Shown piece after piece: positions 57,335-64,000 of a stretch of DNA of 64,000 bases. This stretch comes from Clostridia bacterium. GTDB lineage: Bacteria; Bacillota; Clostridia; Oscillospirales; CAG-272. Location of the stretch: NCBI GenBank assembly GCA_017508425.1, contig JAFVYZ010000045.1, positions 5,220 to 69,219 of the forward strand, written 5' to 3'. The number at the start of each line of letters is the position of its first letter. Position 1 is the stretch's first letter. The position numbers and the translations under genes are program-made. A model generated the notes under the pieces. That model ran no database searches and was not told the origin of the DNA. It saw nothing but the letters and a program-made list of their open reading frames with translations.

Positions 57335-58312
57335 GTGAAATCTGAGATCTTATCCCGTCTTGCTTATATTAACGATGAGGAAAAGCGCATCATCGAGGGC
57401 GAGCAAAAAATCAATAAAAAGCTCTATTCCGCGTTCGCCAAGGAATTTATCATCAATCATCACCGATTGATGCAGGAGGGCGAGCAAATTGCACTCCGCC
57501 GCCACACAAGATTTACCGATTTTCCCTCCCATGGGCACAACTATGTAGAAATGACATACGTTTGCTCGGGCGAGGTCACACACGTCATCAAGCATCGCGA
57601 GGTCAAGATGCACGCGGGGGACGTGCTGCTTCTCAACCGCCACACTCAGCACAGTGTGCGCAAAACGGGCGAGGACGATATTGCCATCAACGTCCTGCTC
57701 GCGACCGATTGCTTCCATTCCTTTGCCTCGATCCTGCCCGCCGACTCTCCCCTTTCCTCATTTATGGCGGAAAACATCCGCTCCAACGGTGAGGCCGAGT
57801 ACATGCTTTTCTCGACCGAGGGTGTACCGCCCCTTGAAAACCTTTTTGAAAATCTTTGCTATGCCATGGTCGGCAACGATATTTTAAGCCCCGACATTTT
57901 AAAAACCACCGTGGCACTCATCTTGCGTCATTTTGCCGAGATGCCCGACTGTATGATCACCGCCGCGCGCCACCGCTCGGGTGCGGAGCTCTTGCAGGCT
58001 CGCATTGAGGAGTATTTGCGTACCGAATTCCGAACCGCCACTCTCACCGAGCTTGCGGATAAGCTGGGGCTCAGTGTCCCCTATCTTTCCAAGCGTGTGC
58101 GCGAGCTTTGCGGCACCACCTTTAGCAAGCTCCTACAGGAGGCACGCTTCAGAGAGTCGCTTCGTTTGCTTGAAACGACCGATTTGCCCGTTGGCGACAT
58201 TATTATCGCCGTTGGCTATGAAAACACGAGCTTCTTCCACAATCAATTCCGCGCACGCTATCACTGCTCTCCCTTCAAATGGCGTAGGCAGCAAGGCGAA
58301 ATTCAAGAATGA
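57335..58312 (+). CDS. AraC-family transcriptional regulator (probable rhamnose regulator)
   Basis: Cupin H.HNYVEM.YV; C-terminal double HTH (GYENTSFF..F); divergent from rhaA. Confidence 0.9.
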   Translation: MKSEILSRLAYINDEEKRIIEGEQKINKKLYSAFAKEFIINHHRLMQEGEQIALRRHTRFTDFPSHGHNYVEMTYVCSGEVTHVIKHREVKMHAGDVLLLNRHTQHSVRKTGEDDIAINVLLATDCFHSFASILPADSPLSSFMAENIRSNGEAEYMLFSTEGVPPLENLFENLCYAMVGNDILSPDILKTTVALILRHFAEMPDCMITAARHRSGAELLQARIEEYLRTEFRTATLTELADKLGLSVPYLSKRVRELCGTTFSKLLQEARFRESLRLLETTDLPVGDIIIAVGYENTSFFHNQFRARYHCSPFKWRRQQGEIQE

Positions 58313-58313
58313 T

Positions 58314-58348
58314 AAAAAAAGCCACGCCGACGGCGTGGCTTTTTTTAT
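58314..58348. terminator. Bidirectional intrinsic terminator
   Basis: AAAAAAAGCCACGCC-GAC-GGCGTGGCTTTTTTT. Confidence 0.9.
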
Positions 58349-58355
58349 TAAAAAC

Positions 58356-59189
58356 TTACGAATTGCCGCAGCAGCGACCACGACCGTTTCCGTTCGCCGC
58401 AGAAGTAGGCGCAACCGTGCTGGGACAAAAAGCAGAAGTCGGGAAAGGCAGCTGGCGGAACATGCAGCAGGGATCCTCATCGGCCACGTCGGTGCATTCC
58501 TTATCGGGCAAGCAAAACTCAGTGGCTTCAACAAGCAGTTGACCCTCGCGCACCAGGCGAATAACCGAAAAAAGCCCCAAGGAAATGGCAAGATAGCGGT
58601 CAACACCGTTATCATCGCCCGAAAGCGCACCACAAAGCGTATCGGTCACGGCCGAAGGAATGTCACAGCAACGGCAGCAGCAATGGCAGTGACACGCCTC
58701 TACGATACGTGCACCCAGCACCACGGGCTCCACGACCTCGATGACCGCCTCAGGGGTGTTATGACCGCAGGTGACAGGCTCAGGCGCCGCGCAGAAATTA
58801 TCGCACGCCTTACTGCGGAAGATGCTCACGTTGCTCTCGCCGCCAAAAAGCACCACGCGCTTTTCAAGCACCGCCACGCCCTCGATGGTCTGGGATTGCC
58901 CCACGGGTACGCAGACCTCAAACTCGCACCGCACGTAAAATCTCACCAAAACCGTATAAAAGCCACTATTGAACTGCACGGGATCTACCGAGATATTCGA
59001 AGCCACAAGCTTGGCACACTTCACACGAACATTTCCCGTGCGAGCGATGAGTTCTTCGCCCCCACAGGTAAGGAACACGCGAACGTCCTCAAAACAATCC
59101 CTGTCGCGGCAAGCATCAAGGATGCGCGACGCCTCGATCCCAAAGCGTTCGCCTGCCCCGCCCAAACAGGAAAATCTGTTATCTCCCAT
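58356..59189 (-). CDS. Cys-rich hypothetical protein, possibly spore coat
   Basis: RBS GGAGGAGG; RILDACRDRDCFED, CHCHCCCRCC, PCCMF; mother-cell-type CATAGGAT -10 upstream. Confidence 0.75.
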   Translation of the reverse strand: MGDNRFSCLGGAGERFGIEASRILDACRDRDCFEDVRVFLTCGGEELIARTGNVRVKCAKLVASNISVDPVQFNSGFYTVLVRFYVRCEFEVCVPVGQSQTIEGVAVLEKRVVLFGGESNVSIFRSKACDNFCAAPEPVTCGHNTPEAVIEVVEPVVLGARIVEACHCHCCCRCCDIPSAVTDTLCGALSGDDNGVDRYLAISLGLFSVIRLVREGQLLVEATEFCLPDKECTDVADEDPCCMFRQLPFPTSAFCPSTVAPTSAANGNGRGRCCGNS

Positions 59190-59274
59190 AGGAAAATGGT
59201 TCCTCCTCCAAAAGATTCAAGAGCAATACTGCTCTTCCCTATTATCCTATGAGGAGTGTGTCGAATTTGACAAT

Positions 59275-61548
59275 TTATTGTAAAAGAAAGCGATATTTTT
59301 CAAGATACACGAAGTATTCGCACCCTTCAAGAACCTCAAAAAGCACAAGAGCTTGCTCGTTTGGGATCAAGAGTGTGCCGTGATCCCCCTCGACCGGTAC
59401 AACCGCCTTGTGCGGCACGGGACCGTGCGCGCCCAAAATGTATAGATCGGCATTCACGGGCGGTGCTTCTTTTTTTGTCAGGGAGCGGTATTCGGACAAG
59501 GCGGTGCTCTCATAATATAGAAGCGAGTCCCCATAGGATACCGAAAGGAAGAGTGCGGGCTCGGTCGATCGCGACATAAAGATCGGCTCACCGATCAACA
59601 TTGTGCCTGTTTCAAAAATCTTGACCTCACCTCCATAGGGATAGAGCACCACCGATACGTTTTCCTCGCTCGCCAAGGAAAAGAGCGATTCAAAAATCGC
59701 AAGCTCCGCTTCATTTCTCGGCTCGGGGAGCCATAACGCATGTACCACGTTACGCTCACTAAACCGTGAAAAGGAAACGACCTGCGCCTTGTGGTAATGC
59801 GTAAACACCATCACATCAAGCTCGGTGGCACCGGCATCCTGCAGCAATCGCCAGCCCTCGGACAGCTGCGTGGAGCTGCCGCTTGAAAGATCCACCAGCA
59901 CGGCACCCTCATTCCCAATAAGACCGATGCTTTCATTTTTACCGCTCATACGGTAAAGCGCCGTAAGCTCCCCCTCCCCGTTTGCCCTTGTCAGCGTCAA
60001 GCAAAGTGCAAACAACACGACAAGAGATGCGATCGGTGTAAGGGTCAACCACCGCCGCCGTCCGAGCGGAAGGAGTAAAAGCACGATAGCCGCGATCACG
60101 CAAGGAATGATGACGTAAGGCGCAAAATCGTACGAAAGAGACAACACGGCATCGGGGGTCGAGAACCGTTGCGCAAGATCAAGGATCAAGGTGCCGATCC
60201 CGCGGCAAAGAAAAGCTATAGGTAAACACCAATCGCACACCAGCAAAAGGATCCCGAAAAGCAAAAACGGAGCGGCGAGCGGGATCATAACCAAATTGGA
60301 GAGCGGGGTGAGCAAAGCAATCTCACCAAAGGTCAGCCATTGTATGGGTAAAATGGCAAAGCCGGCAAAAAGCGAGATCAAAAGTGAGGTCATCACAAAG
60401 CGCAGGATGGCCAAGTGCACGCCGACGATGCCCTTTCGTTTCGGCAAAAGGGACAGGAGCGCGCACTCGACCTCCTCAAAGGAAAGAATTCCAAAGGTAG
60501 CAAGGATCGTCAGTTGATAGGAGGTGCTGTAAAAGGCATACGGCTGCCAAAGCAAAATCACGGATGCGGCCACCAACAAGGAACTCAGTGCATCGGCACG
60601 ACTTTTAAAGAAAAAGCCAAGCAATACCAAGGAAAGCATGAAGACCGCACGGAGTGTGGAGGGTGTTGCACCCGTCAAGATCAAATATCCGAACATAAAA
60701 AGAAGCGTCAGGGCAATGCGGCTCTTTTTATGCGCGCCGAGCAAATAAAGAATACGCTCGAGAATTGCGGCCAAAATACCGATATGAAGACCGCTGATCG
60801 CCAAAAGATGCGAAACCCCGGCACGCCTGAAATTACGTGTGGTAGTGGGCGATATATCATCACGCTCACCCAGGAGCATTGCCGAAAGCAGGCTTCCGAC
60901 CTCCCCCTCCACCGAAAAGGTAAGGCGATCGCTGAGGCGAAATCTCAAGGCTTCAATTGCATCTATGATCTTGCTGCTTCGATGCTCCTGCAGCAAAAGC
61001 CCCTCGGTGGTTTCGAGCAAGAAGATCACCGAGCACCCCTTTGCGCGATGCTGATAATGCTGATTTTTATAGTAATTATCATAAGTAAGGTCTTTTACTG
61101 CAACGGTGCCCGATGCCACGTCGCCGCGGTAGAAGGGGGAGGAAAAGTCGGCGAGGATCAGGGCCCTTCCGCGGCAAGGGGTACCGTTGATCTCTTTCAC
61201 CTTCACAGTAAGCTGTGATGAGTAGGTATTGGTGTACTCCACCTCCTCTACCTCGAAAAGAACTGTGACTTTTTCTCCGATCTTTGAGGTCAAGGCCGCC
61301 GTTTGATAGAGATGATGGGCGCTCCTTGCGGCTCCAAGCAAAATACCAAGTGAAATAAGCGTCAAGCAAAGTCTTGAATAAGAATACCCTTGCCCCACCA
61401 TAAGGGCAACAAGCACAATGAAGAGGAAGGCGGCTGAAACAGCCACAACAAGTGCAACCGCAAAGGACAAAAAGGCGCAGCACAGCACAATACACAGCAA
61501 AAAGAACACCAAGGCACACGCCAAGGGCCGATTTTTGAAAATCGCCAC
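59275..61548 (-). CDS. comEC: ComEC/Rec2 competence protein
   Basis: N-terminal TMs plus OB region, GVSHLLAISGLHIG, PSTLRA, C-terminal beta-lactamase-like region. Confidence 0.9.
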   Translation of the reverse strand: MAIFKNRPLACALVFFLLCIVLCCAFLSFAVALVVAVSAAFLFIVLVALMVGQGYSYSRLCLTLISLGILLGAARSAHHLYQTAALTSKIGEKVTVLFEVEEVEYTNTYSSQLTVKVKEINGTPCRGRALILADFSSPFYRGDVASGTVAVKDLTYDNYYKNQHYQHRAKGCSVIFLLETTEGLLLQEHRSSKIIDAIEALRFRLSDRLTFSVEGEVGSLLSAMLLGERDDISPTTTRNFRRAGVSHLLAISGLHIGILAAILERILYLLGAHKKSRIALTLLFMFGYLILTGATPSTLRAVFMLSLVLLGFFFKSRADALSSLLVAASVILLWQPYAFYSTSYQLTILATFGILSFEEVECALLSLLPKRKGIVGVHLAILRFVMTSLLISLFAGFAILPIQWLTFGEIALLTPLSNLVMIPLAAPFLLFGILLLVCDWCLPIAFLCRGIGTLILDLAQRFSTPDAVLSLSYDFAPYVIIPCVIAAIVLLLLPLGRRRWLTLTPIASLVVLFALCLTLTRANGEGELTALYRMSGKNESIGLIGNEGAVLVDLSSGSSTQLSEGWRLLQDAGATELDVMVFTHYHKAQVVSFSRFSERNVVHALWLPEPRNEAELAIFESLFSLASEENVSVVLYPYGGEVKIFETGTMLIGEPIFMSRSTEPALFLSVSYGDSLLYYESTALSEYRSLTKKEAPPVNADLYILGAHGPVPHKAVVPVEGDHGTLLIPNEQALVLFEVLEGCEYFVYLEKYRFLLQ

Positions 61549-61648
61549 GATTTGTCACTTCCCTTCATTATTTTATTCTATATTATACGTTTCCCACGAT
61601 CAAATGTCAAGCAATTCCCCCCTTTGAAGGGCATTTTCAAGAAAATGC

Positions 61649-61677
61649 TTGACAAATACACTTTTCCTTTATATAAT
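61649..61677 (+). promoter_or_regulatory. Perfect-consensus SigA promoter of acpP
   Basis: TTGACA-N17-TATAAT. Confidence 0.85.
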
Positions 61678-61707
61678 GAAGGGGTAATAACTTTTGGAGG
61701 ACTTGAT

Positions 61708-61929
61708 ATGTTTGATAAAGTAAAGCAAATTCTGATTGATGAGCTGCAGCTTAACGAGAGTGAGATCACACTTGAGGCAGAGCTCTCGAAGGATCTTGGC
61801 ATCAACTCGATTGAACTTGCCGATCTTATCATGATGTGTGAAGAAGAATTTGGCATCGAAATCACTGAGGACGACGCCAACGAATTCATCACCGTCGGCG
61901 ACGTTGTAAACTATCTTGAAAAGCTTTAA
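61708..61929 (+). CDS. acpP: Acyl carrier protein
   Basis: 73 aa acidic; DLGINSIE...EEEFGIEI....TVGDVV.Y; RBS GGAGG. Confidence 0.9.
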   Translation: MFDKVKQILIDELQLNESEITLEAELSKDLGINSIELADLIMMCEEEFGIEITEDDANEFITVGDVVNYLEKL

Positions 61930-61940
61930 TTCCACAAAAT

Positions 61941-61984
61941 AAGCGCCCGTTTGCTTCGCTCTTGCAATGCAAACGGGCGCTTTT
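61941..61984 (+). terminator. Intrinsic terminator
   Basis: AAGCGCCCGTTTGC...GCAAACGGGCGCTTTT. Confidence 0.85.
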
Positions 61985-62030
61985 ATCATATTTTCTTCAC
62001 ACACTCTCTATAATTTTGTGAGGTGAAATT

Positions 62031-62750
62031 ATGATAAAGAAAATACATGTACTCTCTTTTCTTTGCGCATTTTTGGCGGTATCATTGCTCTCATCAGCCC
62101 TCTTTTCAAGGCTTTTTCAACAAGGAGCCGTCATATTGACGGGAAACGAGCCCAAGGAGCAACGCGTGATCGTCATCGACGCCGGGCACGGCGGCATTGA
62201 CGGGGGCACAAGCGGCTCCGACGGCACGCCGGAAAAGGAGCTTAACCTTGCAATTGCCAAAAAATTAGCCGCACTCTTTACGGTGTCGGGCTATACGGTG
62301 ATACAAACGCGCGAGGATGACCGATCCCTTGCCGCTCCCGATGCCCCCAAGGGTCACGTGAAGCAATCCGATCTGGATGCACGCCTTGAGGTATTGACCA
62401 AGCATCCGAATTCCCTTTTTTTGAGCATTCACATGAACGCCTATCAAGGTACGCCCTGCCGGGGGCTTCAAGTTTGGTATTCTCAAAATAACGAGGCCTC
62501 GGCAGAATATGCCTTGACTGTTCAGTCGGGGGTAAAAGCCTACCTCCAGCAGGACAATCACCGAAAGATCAAGGCGGCAACCTCCTCCATTTATTTGCTT
62601 AAAAAGGCCATCAATCCCGCCATTCTTATTGAGTGCGGCTTTCTCTCCAACGAGGAGGAGTGTGAAAAGCTAAAAAACGAAGAATACCAAAAGGCGTTGG
62701 CGCTTGCAATTTTTGCTTCTTTACACCAAAAAATGCGTTGTAATACTTGA
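62031..62750 (+). CDS. N-acetylmuramoyl-L-alanine amidase (CwlD-like)
   Basis: N-terminal anchor; IDAGHGGIDGG, EKELNL, K.SDL..R, SIHMN, IECGFLSN; sigE-like TCATA/TATAATTT upstream. Confidence 0.88.
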   Translation: MIKKIHVLSFLCAFLAVSLLSSALFSRLFQQGAVILTGNEPKEQRVIVIDAGHGGIDGGTSGSDGTPEKELNLAIAKKLAALFTVSGYTVIQTREDDRSLAAPDAPKGHVKQSDLDARLEVLTKHPNSLFLSIHMNAYQGTPCRGLQVWYSQNNEASAEYALTVQSGVKAYLQQDNHRKIKAATSSIYLLKKAINPAILIECGFLSNEEECEKLKNEEYQKALALAIFASLHQKMRCNT

Positions 62751-62802
62751 TACCCAAGGAAAAGCGTGGTATAATGGAAGCAATAACGATGTGGAGGCGC
62801 CA

Positions 62803-64000
62803 ATGAAAGGTCTTAAAACGGTTTACGTTTGCTCCGAATGTGAATACAGCTCCCCCAAATGGATGGGAAAATGCCCCTCTTGCGGTGCGTGGAACAGCTT
62901 TGTTGAGGACGTTATCGCCGAAGAGAAAAAGGGTACCGCCGCCCAAAAGCATGCCCTGACAGCACGTACGGGTGACCAACGCGCCACACCCTACCGCGAA
63001 CTCGAAATGCCCTCTTACATTCGCACGGCCACGGGGCTTCTTGAGCTCGACCGCGTGCTGGGTGGGGGTCTTGTACTGGGATCGGTGGTGCTGCTCTCGG
63101 GCGAGCCGGGCATCGGCAAATCCACACTTTTGATGCAAATTTCTGACATTCTCGGCTCACATCGCCGCGTGCTCTACATTTCGGGCGAGGAATCGAGCGG
63201 TCAATTGAAGCTGCGCGCCGAGCGTCTTGGCGTGAAGGGCGAAAATCTCTCGATTTTGACCGAAACCAATATCGAAAAAATTTTAGCCGAGATCGATCGC
63301 GTCAAGCCCGACGTTGCGATCGTGGATTCGATCCAAACCATTTACAGTGAAAATATCGCCTCCACCGCGGGGGCCGTGACGCAGGTGCGCGAAAGTGCGC
63401 TTGCGCTCATTAACAAGGCCAAGGCCGACAATATTTCCGTGATCCTCGTAGGTCACGTGAATAAGGAGGGCAGCATCGCAGGCCCCAAGATTCTTGAGCA
63501 CATGGTCGATGCCGTGCTTTATTTTGAGGGCGAGCGTCAGCAAACCTATCGCATCATCCGTGCGATCAAAAACCGCTATGGCTCAACCAATGAGATCGGC
63601 GTGTTTGAAATGACCGATGAGGGGCTGTGTGAGGTGCAAAACCCCTCGGAAATGCTACTGGCGGGCAGACCGCAAAACACCTCCGGCAACTGTGCCGTAT
63701 GCACCATGGAGGGCACAAGACCCCTCATTGCCGAAATTCAGGCGCTTGTCAGCGCCACCGCCTTCCCTGCTCCGCGCCGCACCTCAAACGGCATTGATTA
63801 CAACCGTCTTTGCCTGATTTTAGCCGTGCTTGAAAAGCGCCTGGGGCTCCGTTTTTCGGCAAACGACGTGTATATTAACGTCATCGGCGGTATGCGCCTT
63901 GACGAGCCTGCCTCCGACCTTGCGGTCGCCATGGCACTCATCTCGTCCCTGACCGACCGCGCCGTGCCCGACGATCTCATTGCCATCGGCGAGCTGGGGC
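62803..64000 (+). CDS. radA: DNA repair protein RadA/Sms (3'-truncated by window edge; absent from the ORF track)
   Basis: YVCSECEYSSPKWMGKCPSCGAWNS zinc finger, GEPGIGKST, KNRYG; promoter TTGATA-N17-TATAAT (62747-62775). Confidence 0.96.
   Translation, partial: MKGLKTVYVCSECEYSSPKWMGKCPSCGAWNSFVEDVIAEEKKGTAAQKHALTARTGDQRATPYRELEMPSYIRTATGLLELDRVLGGGLVLGSVVLLSGEPGIGKSTLLMQISDILGSHRRVLYISGEESSGQLKLRAERLGVKGENLSILTETNIEKILAEIDRVKPDVAIVDSIQTIYSENIASTAGAVTQVRESALALINKAKADNISVILVGHVNKEGSIAGPKILEHMVDAVLYFEGERQQTYRIIRAIKNRYGSTNEIGVFEMTDEGLCEVQNPSEMLLAGRPQNTSGNCAVCTMEGTRPLIAEIQALVSATAFPAPRRTSNGIDYNRLCLILAVLEKRLGLRFSANDVYINVIGGMRLDEPASDLAVAMALISSLTDRAVPDDLIAIGELG

Noticed and set aside
57981-59252. 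423-aa plus-strand ORF
   Set aside because: Overlaps the AraC gene, crosses a bidirectional terminator, and is antisense to the Cys-rich gene that has the strong RBS.

Overview
Chromosomal housekeeping region of a probably spore-forming Clostridia-like Firmicute. The taxon is inferred from gene content and order: xseAB-ispA-tlyA-nadK-argR-recN, homodimeric-type glyQS, secA, pcrA, tig-clpPX, spoIIID, pdaA, cwlD-like, rhaAD, comEC, radA. I saw no rRNA, tRNA, CRISPR array, prophage or IS element. Five observations are not explained by the standard genes. (1) A 50-aa, 80% Asn/Gln protein with a sigmaG-like promoter, its own RBS and terminator; it is a candidate analogue of gamma-type SASP or a prion-like spore protein. 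(2) A ~160-nt multi-stem leader RNA with a possible pseudoknot and a cUUCGg terminator ahead of a coiled-coil/LRR lipoprotein. (3) A precursor-less HPr-kinase-like / PqqD(RRE) / S26-peptidase cassette directly after glyQS. (4) A ~840-bp non-coding region with a 13-6-13 palindrome and a repeated 14-mer, possibly the replication terminus/dif region. (5) RBS-occluding hairpins overlapping forespore-type promoters. All product calls come from motif recognition by eye; no database searches were run.
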